Below are positions 51,382 through 64,000 of a stretch of 64,000 bases of DNA, piece by piece. The notes under the pieces are model-generated. The model searched no databases and had not been told where the DNA came from. It saw nothing but the letters and a program-made list of their open reading frames with translations. Source of the stretch: the human T2T-CHM13v2.0 reference genome, Homo sapiens; the NCBI RefSeq assembly GCF_009914755.1, contig NC_060939.1. One strand, 5' to 3'. Each line of letters opens with the position of its first letter. The stretch's first letter is position 1. Position numbers and translations under genes: made by a program.

Positions 51382-52384
51382 GTCGAATATATGTTTTCCT
51401 AGATCTTCGCCCACTCTGTGGCTTGGCCTAAACAAAATTTTTTAAATTCGATAAAATTCACGTGTCAGTCATTTTCTTTATGTTTTATTGCTATTTATAT
51501 TCTCTTTACAAAGCAATGGCCAGTACAATTCCAATCTATTTTCCCTTTGTATAGTGGAAGATAGAGAAAATATGGAAGATAATAACTCCTCCAGTCTGGG
51601 AAGATAACATGCTTAGCTAAAAAGTATAATTTTTGCTTACATTGATATTACCGGTAAAAAGAATAAACTACATTTGTTGTAATCTCTAATGACAAAATGG
51701 TGATTCTTCATCCAGATACCTGTGATTCTAGAAATAATACAGAGCCAACCTGCCTAAATTATGAAACTACAAGTAAAATCTGCTATGTTTACATTGCAAA
51801 TGGTTTACCAAACCACGTGTTATGAGTTGAAAACAACTCTGGTTAGTGAAGACAAGAAGTTAATATTCATAGATTTCTAACTAGGAAGTTTCCTTCACTC
51901 ACATTATACTTAAACAATAAAATTAGGCAACTGCTGAAACAAAAGAATGAATGGCTAGTTTTACCTTTAAAATGTAGATTGGTACAATTACTAATCCAAG
52001 TAAACACATGGCACTGCTTGGATTAAAAAAAACTCATATTTTCAAATCTTTATTATGTACCTACAGTGTGTCAGACACACACACACACATACACACACTA
52101 AGCTACTGAGGTGATTATTCTTTCCTACAGACCTACAGACATGCCATCAGGAGTGTCTTCCATGACATGGGAGAGAAGAAGAAACACCATTCCTCCCATG
52201 AAGTCAGCAGAGGCAATGCTGAAAAATAATAATGCAGCGAAGACATTCTCACATCCTACAAGGAAAAACAAATTAAAGTGGAATGTTTTCTTTGCTCTAG
52301 TGTATATTGATTTTGAAAAGACATATTTTATTCGGAACAGCAGTATAGAAAATAGACACTCTCCATTAAACATCTTTTCATGGA

Positions 52385-52545
52385 AGACATTTTATATCAT
52401 GTTATTGAACTTAATTTGATGTCAAATAATTGAGATGGGTGGCGTTATTCCTATTTCACAGATGAGACAACTAGAGAGCAGAAAAAACTGAACAAACAAT
52501 ATGGCCTAAATCACACAGCTAGGAAGAGACCCCAGCCCCTGACTT
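52385..52545 (-). mobile_element. MIR
   Basis: TTATTCCTATTTCACAGATGAGACAACT...GGCCTAAATCACACAGCTAG. Confidence 0.62.
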
Positions 52546-53179
52546 GGAGAGTGTGACCTTCCCATTTCTCCACAATTTCTCTTCTAGTTGGGCTATTTTC
52601 TTCACTGGATTTAGATCTTTGCCTAAGAAGCTGAACACTCCACACCCACCATTGTCCACTCTTCCAGTAGAGCATTCCCATCAGCTTGTCCACCACAGCC
52701 ACTCAAGAACACTGAGAAGGACACAGATTCAGCAGAATTCAGAGCAGGGGCTGGTGTGACTAGGGAGCTGCAGAGAAAATCTTTCTGCAATTCCCTACGC
52801 AGTTGGTGGTGTGCCTGAGCATATTTCTTAGTTTTGCCCACTCTACCTTTAAGGTCTTAGCCTTGCTTTTAGGTTTCATCATTTGGTTTGCTTATGGAAA
52901 AATTTTCCATTACATTGCCTCTATTCAATCGGAATCTCCAGGACAAAACATTCTTTGTTCAATAAGGAATTAAATACAGACCATAAGAGCCTTTAAACTT
53001 TAGGAAGTCCTGGAACACTGGTTTTAATAATTATGTCCTGTGTGAATAATGAACACACCTGGACTACACCAGACCATATTTCATAAAGAGTCCTATTGTA
53101 GTTTCACTGTCTTTGTATAAAAATGAATCATAATCTGGAGCGTGAAATAGTGAGAGGAGGGGATTATGGCGGAAACGAC

Positions 53180-53365
53180 ACAGGCCCTGCCATCAGATCG
53201 CCACCTGTGTTCCGGGCATGCCTTGACTTGCTGATAAATCTCAGGCAAGTCACTCAAGGCACTTGAATCTCAGTTTTTGTTTCTCTGCAATGTGATAATG
53301 GTACTACAAGAATGTGTGGTGAGCAATAAAGATGATAAAGTTATAAAAATACTATGCTGGCATTT
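53180..53365 (+). mobile_element. MIR
   Basis: CAGGCAAGTCACTCAAGGCACTTGAATCTCAGTTT..TCTGCAATGTGATAATGGTAC. Confidence 0.6.
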
Positions 53366-53875
53366 ATCTTTTTAAAGACAAACTTCTGAGGTAAGCAACC
53401 ATAGTGTCAAGACACTATGCAAGCGGATTAAATCTTGTCCAGGAGCTTGTCCATCTCCATGTACAAATCAAGCAAAACAGGCAGCATGGAGAATCCAGAG
53501 AGTGAGTGAAAAATAGCTCAGGGGGACATGAGAGAAATGATATTTAGATGAGCAAGCAGTTAGGCTCATGTCAGAGCATGAAACCAAGTCAGTCCTGTGA
53601 GAGGATGGGGGAAGGCCGTGCAAGTTGCCAAACACAGAATTCAGGAAGTGGAACTGAAGTAAAAAGCCTAATTTGTTACCAGATTTAAACGTAAGGGCTG
53701 TGGGCTCCATAACCAAAGAGAAGCAGCATCCTCTCTCATACTGAACTGAGGAAAACAATCAGCACAGCCAGGGTTAGGACTGAAGAATTACCCCAGCAGC
53801 AAAGCAACAAAATGGAAGAATTGTGGAACCAAAAGCTGAATCTCTAGCTGCGTTCTCCTGGGTAATCCAGGGTTA

Positions 53876-53955
53876 TTAGGTTGGTGCGAAGGTGACTGCG
53901 GTTTTTGCCATTGAAAGTAATGGCAAATACAGCAATCACTTTTGCACCCATCTAA
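53876..53955. mobile_element. MADE1 (Hsmar1-derived MITE), complete 80 bp
   Basis: TTAGGTTGGTGC...TTTTTGCCATT GAAAGT AATGGCAAA...TTTTGCACCCATCTAA, with TA on both sides. Confidence 0.95.
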
Positions 53956-54009
53956 TAGTATAGTTCTCTTTTAAAATATTTTCAGAGACTTATCATGTAC
54001 TCGAGGATG

Positions 54010-54140
54010 TAGCCTTCTCCAAGTTAACCATGTTTAGTTTCTTTAATTTGGCCTCATCTTGTGGTTCTGAGTGGCCGTTATAGTTACATTCTTCTGGGCA
54101 TATTATAATTTATCAGTTTTCAATCTTTAAGTAAAGAAAT
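54010..54140 (-). mobile_element. L3/CR1 fragment
   Basis: TTCTCCAAGTTAACCATGTTTAGTTTCTTTAAT..CCTCAT...TCTTCTGG resembles the antisense L3 RT region. Confidence 0.4.
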
Positions 54141-56514
54141 GTGACCACTGTGCTATTCCTCTGTATTTCTGGAAGCTGTCCTTGGTAAAACTCTAAATTG
54201 CTTTGGCAAGAGGGGCAACTTAGATCAATCACAAGGTGTGCCCAGCCCACCCCCATCTGCTGTTAAGCTCTATCTCTGACCTGCATTTGTGCACTGGTTC
54301 ATCTGCAAATCTCAGCCTCAGACTTTTTGTGTACATCTAGAAAGCATAGTCTAAAATATTTTAAAAGATTTTCCTGTAAAGACGGAAAAAAACCCTCCTT
54401 TCCATTAGTATTTCTTGTGTCTAATCCATACAGTCAAGTTGCCAGATTTCTGACTAGGCTCATTAATTTACTTAATTATTAGATTTTATAAATAATTGAA
54501 CCCTCAATTTAAAAAGCCTCAGGGCATAGCTCAATAAAAACTTACATTAAAATATCAATGAGCAGCTGCAATAATAACAAAAATAAAACCTATCTGCATA
54601 AAACTGCTTACTTTGTCCATGACTTTGTCTGGACAGACCAATTTATAAGAACAAGTTTAGCCTCCTGTAATTAAATAAACTTGTCAGAGCTCCCCTAGGC
54701 CTGGCATGCATGGGTTTAATAGACATGTTTTCTGGTGACATGTATTGCCTCTAACATCTTAAAGTAAAAATTGGGAAAGTGCTGAGCCTTTTCTGGGGGG
54801 CACTGGTTTAGACATTGTGCCCCTTAGGGGTTAAGCCTAATAGCATCACAAGTCTTTCAGTAGGTCACATAATTTCTCATGACCATAATTTTCAAACTTT
54901 AAGATAAAGATATTGGAGTAGATTTTTTTCCATTTTTTTTCCATCTGAAAAATTATGAGTCTATGAGAAACAGCATCAATGAGTTAGTAATACCAACCAC
55001 TCAAAATTTTGTTGCTATTTTATATCTTGGATATTATGCACTGCAGCTGGCTATACAATTTGATTTCCAAACTTTAGAATCATGTCACCATTAGCAGTTT
55101 ATATTCATTTAGAATCCATGAGCCCGAAGTGATTTATGGAATTTTATGGAACACAGAGAAGATGTGATCCTTGCCGTTGATGTACTTACAGCAGAACTTT
55201 TGTTTTGCTGTATACTCAATTATAATAACAGACTCCTTTTCCATATGCAGAAATATCTCCCAGAAATAATTAGCTGCAGACACAAAACAATTAGGTGGTT
55301 GCAACCTCATAAAATGTGGTTGTTGGTTAATTGGCTCATATTCACATTATGATATTTGCATCTACCACCTTACTACCTGCAAAATTTTAGCTCACAAAAA
55401 TAGAAATGAGGTTTCAAAAATATGCCCTGGCAAGTGTAGTCTAAGTAGTCAGTATGACCTGAATTTTCTATGGACATTCTTAATAGCACTGAAAAATGTT
55501 CAAGCATATGGAAATGAAAAATGTTAATTTCTAGACTGCAAACTCTTTTTCAGGAAGAAATATAATAAATACCAAGGGCTTAGAGCAACACCCAGTCATC
55601 GCCTCAATTTTCCATCTAAACCTATTTTTCTCTGTGGGTTCATTGTCTCAGGACTTTTATACTTGAAGGCATTGGGTTGTACTTTCTTTTTAGTTTCTTG
55701 ACACCTTGCCTATGGTAGGGCCCATGCATGGTGAAAAGGCTACGCATCAGTAAAGCATATTTGTTTTGAGTAGATTTTTTCCCTTTTCATTCTAGTTTGA
55801 ACTAAATTCTTCATTTGCTATCAAAATATCTCACTACTATATATTAGAACTACTATATACTAACCACTTCTAATCTGAGAATCCAAAATACATTTTTCCC
55901 CTTTAATCTGCACTGCACAATTTGAAACCAGAATCCTGCCACTTAGGTTTAATTGATTAAGTTAACCAAACCAGCTCATTGATATATCCATTTAAATGCA
56001 AAAGGGCAAAAAGTGCACGGAAGGCTGAAATAGTTACAAAAGAGATAACTTGGTAAAGACTCTTATGGACTGGCATCTATCTCAGCCATGACTGGCATTA
56101 ACATTATTAACCCCACTTCTAGAATTCAAAATTACTCAGTATGGAAGTTCCCACATCAGAGAAAAATAAGGGGAAAAACTTAAACGTTTCCAGACATTTT
56201 CAGGTCTGGAATCAGTTCTGCCAAAGCAGGGAGCTTTGTCTGTTTATGAAAGAAGGGGTCTTCACAGCATCTTCCCAAACATTTTCCTCTGTGAAGACAG
56301 ACTGGTATTGGCTTCAAAACCCTTTGACTTGTTGCTTAAACTGCTGAGGCTGGTGTTTTCAACACCTATTTTTTCATCAAATCTTTGACTTTTAGCCATC
56401 GACTTTTGCCCGTTTTGATAACATCAGATGACAGCTGTGCCCTGTTGAGAATTGAAGCTGCTTAGCAGAAACCTGGGTAGCTTTAGTGCCTTGCTACACG
56501 AAGAAGTTCACTTC

Positions 56515-56670
56515 AAAGGATGAAGAGGAGGAGAAAATGTGTTAGGAGGAAAAGGTGGAAGGCAAAAGAGAGGAGAAAAGACAAGGAGAGGAGAAGGGAA
56601 GAAAGAGGAAAGGGGGCAAGAAGAGGGAGGGAGGGAAAGAGGAGTAGAGGGATGGTAAAGAAGAAAAAAT
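56515..56670 (+). repeat. Purine-rich (GA) low-complexity tract
   Basis: Nearly all A/G. Explains the spurious K/R/E-rich ORF. Confidence 0.85.
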
Positions 56671-57479
56671 ACCAAAGTGTGACTGTGGGATATGTCACCT
56701 GATTCAGCCAGTCTGAGTCTTGTTTTGTTTTGTTTTACTCAATCTAAATCCCTTATTCCGGTTTTCCCAAAGCAATGTTTTGGGTGATGGAGAGAAAAAG
56801 AAAAGAAAGAGAAAAAAAAGCAAAAAGCAAGATCTTTGAATATCAGAGAATGCCAATATGGCCTGAGCCAGATGCAGAGGGAAGAGATGAAAGCTCAGCT
56901 CAGATAGATATGCCACAGCTGGCGTTAAAAATGAATTTAGAGGAGGCTACCTGGGCAGCTGTCCTGGAACTCCAATACCAAGTTTCATTTACCCTTTACT
57001 GACCAGAGAACACTGCACTGGTGCAGAAAGAATGGTACTTTGAGACAGTAGCAGACATATTCCATGCTTCCTTAATTGCAAAGTCAAGATTCTTTAAACA
57101 TATTATGAAATAGACCTAAATTAGATAGACTCAGAGATTGCAATTAAAACATCTTTTGAGAGGTATGAGGAAAAGGGCTAAGATATTTGTTTGTGTAGTG
57201 TTAGAGAAGAAAAAAAGTTGAAAATCATTTCTCTTAATTATTTTTAGAAAATACAATAGCAGAAGCATCTTTGCCAAAGGGAGGGAATGTGTGTTTTGTG
57301 AATAGCTAAACTTTTAAAGGAGGTGGGATCTGGGTATCTCCTTTATTTCCAATTATAACTTTGTAATTTATTATTTATGGAAGTGTAATAACTTGGAAAA
57401 TCAGATCAATACATAAAGGTTAATAAAATTAAAATTAAATTCTAGTTTAGAATACTGACCACAGATATGTTTCTCCTCT

Positions 57480-59800
57480 ACTTTCTAAATATCCAATAAA
57501 TGATGGTAAAGGATAATAAAGAATATAAATACATATAAATCTACAAAACCCGGAACCACCAGAAAACCAGAGATTTTGCCACATTTCTGGAAGGAGAAAG
57601 TATATAGGAGAGTGTTGTCCTGTGAAGTCAACCAGGAAGACAGAGCTCAAAGTGAGGGTAGAGGGAACTAATGCGGGGAGGGGCTGCCAGGCTAGCTGGT
57701 GCCCTCCAGAGAGGTTCTAGTATTATACTGTGAGAAAGAGTAAGCCTGAAAGAGAGAGATTAAGTGAAGATCAACAATCAGGTAACCCCTCCATCCCAGC
57801 AAGCATGATTACTAGTAACCTGGTGTTTACTCCAGGTTTAAAAAAATATAAAAAAAAATTACATAGTCATTCTCTAAAGAAATTTAACTATCTACATGGA
57901 ATCTGGGAGCTGGAGAAGGTTTAGAATTACAGAAGAATGCCTTTCTTGTAGTATTTAGGGGTCTGTGTTCATGATCCTAAATCAAAGCCTATCCATCAAC
58001 AAAACTCACCTATATGCTCTGAGCCTCACACCAGATTTATTCATTCCTCATTCTTGAATAGGAACAGATACGTATCTCCAGAAAGTTGAGGAATATTTTC
58101 GCATGAATAGAAACAAAGACAGAAAACAAAAACAAACAAAAACAAAAAACATGAAGAATCAAATAGAATTAAAAACAAACAGGATTTTGAGAAAGCAGGT
58201 AAAAGAGAAAAACTCAAATTATTGTCCTTGGAGAAATGTAAGAAGATACTGTATTCGTCAAACAAGAACAGTCTACTATGAAAAATGAACTATTGGAGAA
58301 CCAGAAGAGTTTCTAGGAATTTAAGATATAATTTCAGGAAAAACAAAGAGGAGAAAAAATTGAAGAAATAACATATCTTTCAGAATGTGCAGCACAAAAT
58401 GTGAAAAGGCAAAATGTGAAAGAAAAGAAACAGAAGAGTTAACTCCAAAAGTTCAATGTCTAATTAATATTAGTATCATAAAGAAAGAACAGAACAAATG
58501 AGGTAGAAGACAGCTGTCAAATCAATAGAAAGAAAGATTGACTACACTGCACGCAGGAAGGCATGCAATTTCAACATGAAAATGCCTGGCAAGGGCCAAA
58601 GAAGAGTCATGAAAATGAAGTAAAATATTAATGTGAAATTACAGAACCCTAGATATTAAAAAGGAAGATCTGAAAAGTTACCAGAGTGGGGAAAATAGGT
58701 TATCTAAAGATATGGAAGGAGAAGGAGGAGGAGAAGGAGGATAAGGAGGAAGAGGAGGAGGGGGAGGAGAAAGAGGAGGAGAAATGAAAGGAAAAGAAAT
58801 AATAATTATTATTATGAAATGAAAAATCATGCTGACAACAGTAGAAGCAAATAAATTTGGCACAAGTTGAGACATTATTCTTAAATTTCACACTTGCAAG
58901 TGATGAAAGTTGCTGGAAACAAATCTTTTAAAGATCATTTTAAAAAGCAATATAGTAAGGGGTTGTATTATGGAGATGATGAATTTTCTCTTCCTGTTGA
59001 ATAAAAACTGTATTTCGTAAGTTGCAGTTTAGGATAAAATTACAGTGACATCATTCAATGCATTACAAAAAAATCTGTATCTGAACTATTAAAATAAAAA
59101 CACAAATGATTCTGAACACAGCCTTTGATGACTTCCCAGATGGTTCCAGAGAAGATGGCAGTGAATGTGGAGACTCTGAGAAGAATTATCCCATAGACAT
59201 AAGAAAGTAAGAAAATATTTCTAAGTTAATAGTATGTACATATTATATATGTTCCTACATTTTTACAGTACAAAATTACTAATTTAAATATAACAGGTAG
59301 CCAGTCAACTATTTTACAATGCATCATAAACATATATATTTAAGTTAGCCAATTACTCTATGAAAAACACTCTTCACTTGGAAAAATTATAGAATCTGCA
59401 ATGATTTTAGATGCAATAGAATCATGTTATTGATCTTCATAAAGTAAAAGTAATAGTAGAGCTGACAGAAGTTGAAAAGTAGATAGGGAAAAGAAGATGT
59501 AAAAGTAGAAAAATAAGATGTGAAGTTTCAGTTTTGTTAAATAGAACTACAAAAAGATGACTACAAGTAGAGTGCAAATGAAATTCTTACCTATCATAAT
59601 AGGAATTCAGTAGATAAATTTCAAGTTACTAAGTGAAGAAATAGAAATAGCATGTTAGTCAATAATTTGTAGGCAAAAACCTTTAGAATTTTAACAAAAA
59701 TGGACAGAAGTGATTGTTTCTCTGAGGAGAGAATGTATTTGGGGAATTGTGGTGTTACTCTTGAGTGTTCCTTATTAAAACTAACATAGTTTAAAATTCA
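57480..59800 (+). mobile_element. HAL1-like / ancient L1 remnant with a (GGA)n-rich patch at ~58715-58795
   Basis: CTATGAAAAATGAACTATTGGAGAACCAGAAGAGTTTCTAGGAATTTAAGATATAAT and the A-rich bias resemble the HAL1 ORF1 region. Confidence 0.5.
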
Positions 59801-59869
59801 TAGATTATATACAAATATACCAGGGCACTTAACCTTTATTATAGATGAGAATTTGGTGCTATTGATAGG

Positions 59870-59990
59870 CTTGGTTTATAGAGAGGAAATTGAAATTCAG
59901 AGAATTTAAATAACTGCTTGGGTTTCACAGCCTTTTCAGTAGGAGAAATGAAGCTTATAACCAGATCTTCCAAATGCCATGCTCTTTGGA
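59870..59990 (-). mobile_element. MIR fragment
   Basis: TTTATAGAGAGGAAATTGAAATTCAGAGAATTTAAATAACTGC...CACAGC. Confidence 0.55.
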
Positions 59991-60078
59991 AATCTCAAAA
60001 TAGGAGTAGATACTTAATAATATTTTTTCCAAAATGTTTCCCATCTCCTCTCATGAATGTATAGAATGCATTTTAATC

Positions 60079-60250
60079 CAGGTGTTGGCAAACTTTTTCC
60101 TTGTAAAGGCCAATTTTGTACTTTGTCAGCTATGTGGTCTTTGTAGAAATCACTCAACTCTCCCAATGTAGTGCAGCAGCAAGAAGACAATATGTAATTG
60201 GATAAGCATGGTCTGATTTGGCTTATAGGCTACAGTTTGCCAACTCTTGG
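60079..60250. mobile_element. MER58A DNA transposon
   Basis: Terminal inverted repeats CAGGTGTTGGCAAACT and AGTTTGCCAACTCTTG, internal ACTCAACTCT...TGTAGTGCA. Confidence 0.82.
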
Positions 60251-60363
60251 ATCAATAAATTAATTATTTCTCTCTTCTAATTTTCATTCTAGTTTCAATT
60301 TTGGGGGCAAAGATGGCTATGCAATATTTTCACTGAGCCTATTCTGTAATTTTCCTCTAACCC

Positions 60364-61993
60364 TGTATAAGTCCATTCTCACACTGCTGTAAAGAACTAC
60401 CTGAGAAACTGTGTAATTTATTTTTAAAAAAGAGGTTTAATCAGCTCACAGTTCTGCAGGCTGTCCAGGCTTCTGCTTCTGGGTAGACCTCAGGAAACTT
60501 ACAACCATGGTGGAAGGCAGAGGGGAGGCAAGCACATCTTCATATGGTGGAGAAGAGAGACAGAGAAGGGGGAAGTGCTACACCCTTTCAAATAACCAGT
60601 TCTCCTGAGAACTCTATCACAAGAACAGCAACGGGGAAGTCCACCCCCAGGATTCAATCACCTCCTACCAGGCCCCTCCTGCAACACTGAAAATTACAAT
60701 TCTATATGAGATTTGGTTGGGGACACATAGCCAAACTATATCATTCTGCCTCAGCCCCTCCCGAATCTCATGTCCCTCTCACATTTTCAAACACAATCAT
60801 GCCTTTCCAATGGTTGCTCCAAAGTCTTAACTCATTCCAGCATTAACTCGAAAGTCCAAGCCCAAAGTCTCAACTGAGACAAGTCCCTTCCACCTATGAG
60901 CCTGTGAAATAAAAGACAAGTTAGCTACTTCCAAGATACAATAGAAGTACAGGAATTTGGTAAATGCTGCCAATCCAAAAGGAAGAAATTGGCCAAAGCA
61001 AAAGGGCTCCAGGCCCCACAAGAGTCCAAAACCCAGCAGGGCAGTCATTAAATCTTAAAACTCCAAAATAATCTCCTTTGACTCCATGTCTCACATCCAG
61101 GACACACTGATTCAAGTGGTGAGCTCCCAAGGCCTTGGGGAGCTCCACCCCTGTGGCTCTGCAGGGCACAATCTCAGTGGCTGTTTTCATAGGCTGGTGT
61201 CGAGTGCCTGCAGCCTCTCCAGGTGCACAGTGCAAGCTGTCAGTGGATCTACCATTCTGAGGTTTGGAGAACAGTGGCCTTCTTCTCATAGCTTCACCAG
61301 GTGGTGCTCCAGTGGGGACTCTGTGTGGCTCCAACCTCATGTTTCCCTTTCACACTACCCTAGTAGAGGTTCTACATGAGGGCTCCACCCCTGAATCAGA
61401 CTTCTGCCTGGACTTCACTGTCTGTATCATTATTAGCATTTTGGTCACAACCATTCAACAAGTCTGTGGGAAGTTCCAAACTTTCCCTCATCTGTCTTCT
61501 TCTGAGCCCTTCAAACTGTTCCAATATTTGCCCATTACCCAGTTCCAAAGTTGCTTCCACATTTTCATGTATCTTTATAGCAATGCCCCTCTTCTTTGGT
61601 ACCAATTTTCTATATTAGTCTATTCTCACATTGCTATAAAAAACTAGCTAAGACTGAGTAATTTACTGGAAAAAGAAATTTGATTAGCTCATGGTTTCTG
61701 CAGGCTCTTCAGGCTTCTGCTTCTGGGGAGACCTCAGGAAACTTACAATCATGGCAAAAGGTGAAGGAGAAGCAAGTATGTCTTCACACAGCTGGCAAGA
61801 GGGAGTGAAAGAGTGGAGGGGGAAGTGCTACATACTTTCAAACAACCAGATCTTGTGAGAACTCTATCACAAGAACAGAAAGGGGGAAGTCTGGCCCCAT
61901 GATTCAGTCACCTCCCTCCAGGACCCTCCTACAACATCAAAGATTACAATTCTGTGTGAGATTTGGGTGGAGACACACAGCCAAACCATATCA
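60364..61993 (-). mobile_element. MSTA-like MaLR with two LTRs (60364-60743, 61611-61993) and an internally deleted body
   Basis: Two similar antisense LTRs ending CCAAAC(T/C)ATATCA. Perfect 5-bp TSD AACCC at 60359-60363 and 61994-61998. Confidence 0.92.
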
Positions 61994-63573
61994 AACCCCT
62001 TCCATTATTACATGCAAGAAAGTGAGACCACATAATAACACAGGTGTCCCTTCCACTTATAGCTCACTTTCTTCCCCATAACTTGGCTTTGCATCTCATA
62101 AACTCTGAAAATTACATATCATTTTTATTGGGGTGGATGGGTTCTCTTGCATATTACTTATTTAATTAGGCCAAATCAGAGTAAAAAGAATACATCATTA
62201 TTTTCAATGCTCAGAGTAATGGGGCAGTGTTATCCATCGGTCTAGGGACTCTGTGGTAATTAGTGAAGATCATGTAGGGTAGGTAATATCCAGGATGTGT
62301 GCATGAGACACAAATGGAGCCTAAAGCTAGAATTAGATCCAGGAAGGGGCTGTTCATTTGATTGTTTGACAAATAATGATTCATTTGAGATGACAGAATT
62401 GAGGCATTTGAAGAACCCAACATATAAGTAGATTCTTGAAATACCATCAAAATAAAGTAGAAAAAGATATCTATACTGTGACAATCAGTGAGCTGAAAAC
62501 TGAAGAACATCCTCTTCCTGCAGAAGAATCAGCTCTTTATTTTTCTATCCAGGTTCTCTATGCTAAGATTTAAATCTCTGAGATAGAGAATTCCATTGGT
62601 ATAGCCACGGCCCACACCTTGGGTAAAGAAGAATAGACACAGACTCTTCACCACTCTTGGACTCCATGCAGTAGGGCTAAGAATTTCTTCAAAGGAAAAT
62701 CAAGGTGCTACTACCAGACAAATAGAAAATAGATGGTGGACAGGCAAAAACAAATGATGTCTACTACAGTTTAGATGCACGGTATCAAATTTTTGAAAAG
62801 GTAAACATATGCTCATTCCGATAGTCTGTGTGTCTCCTTAGATAAAAATAAGCAGGCCATTGCTTTCTTGTCATGTAAAGAGACCTTTCTCCAAATATAA
62901 TCTTAATTTTCATCAATATCTTTCCTTTTTTCCTTTCTTTGTTCTATTCGTCATTCCTTTATTTTGCTTTCCTTTTTGCATTGAAATTTTCTTTCAAGTG
63001 TTCTTTTCTTAGTTTCTTTGATCTGATTGATAAAGTTTTTAATGCTATGGAACTCAAGGCTGTTACATGGAAAAAAGCGCATACTTTACAATGTCACCAC
63101 GGTCCAATCTGCTATTCCATATCTTTGTATTAAAGTGGAAAAACAGCTGACCTAACTCAGTCTTCTTTCCAAACAGAATTAAAGTCACATGCACATTGAA
63201 CTGAATATATATGTTCAAATTTTAGATAAAAATTATGAAGTTATAATAATGAATGTGTTACCTTTTAAAAGTTTGCACTAGAAAAAACTACTGACAACAT
63301 GGCACTTAGATATATAATAATTTGTGAAGGTCAGTAGAATGCATGTTTCTGCTCATATTTACCTCATTGGGATTGGTTCAGTTCCAGAGCTATAACCACA
63401 TAGTTTCAAGATATGAATGGAAACTAAATTTTCTAAATTTTTTTTCCTCTTGAAAAATGTTTGAAATCCAATTATTCAAATTTATTTGGATGAATTAGCT
63501 ACACTAAGAGATAGGTAGACCTGTTGCATTCTTCGAAGAAAAAAGTGCTGTATTCATACTTTTAAAAAACTTT

Positions 63574-63932
<359 letters not shown>

Positions 63933-64000
63933 TTAACATGTGTAAAGTGTGGGGTGCATGTGTGTGTCATTATTATTAACTTTGACAGAGACAAGTATCC

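Overview
Catarrhine primate (human-like) genomic DNA that is AT-rich, CpG-poor and repeat-dense, consistent with intergenic or deep intronic sequence. I can support no host protein-coding gene, rRNA, tRNA or CRISPR array. The ORF track is explained by Alu, L1, MaLR and ERV-L remnants and by simple repeats. The window holds about 13 Alu/FLAM copies, several L1 layers (L1MC/ME, L1MA, L1PA) and a HAL1-like tract. It also has MaLR elements (THE1, MST, MLT1), a HERV-L pol-integrase-dUTPase remnant with an MLT2A LTR, MER11 and MER31 LTRs, MER5/MER58/MADE1 DNA transposons, MIR, L3 and microsatellites. The most notable observation is at 26426-31880, a THE1 (MaLR)/HERV-L chimera with two different terminal LTRs flanked by a single 5-bp target-site duplication (ATGTT), suggesting it integrated as one recombinant unit. 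Also notable are a ~197-bp fold-back made of two THE1 LTR ends, an 86-bp perfect AT palindrome, a 189-bp internally deleted MER11 with its TSD, and two locally templated insertions inside an L1. All family and subfamily names come from recalled consensus sequences, not from a search, and the boundaries of old elements are approximate.
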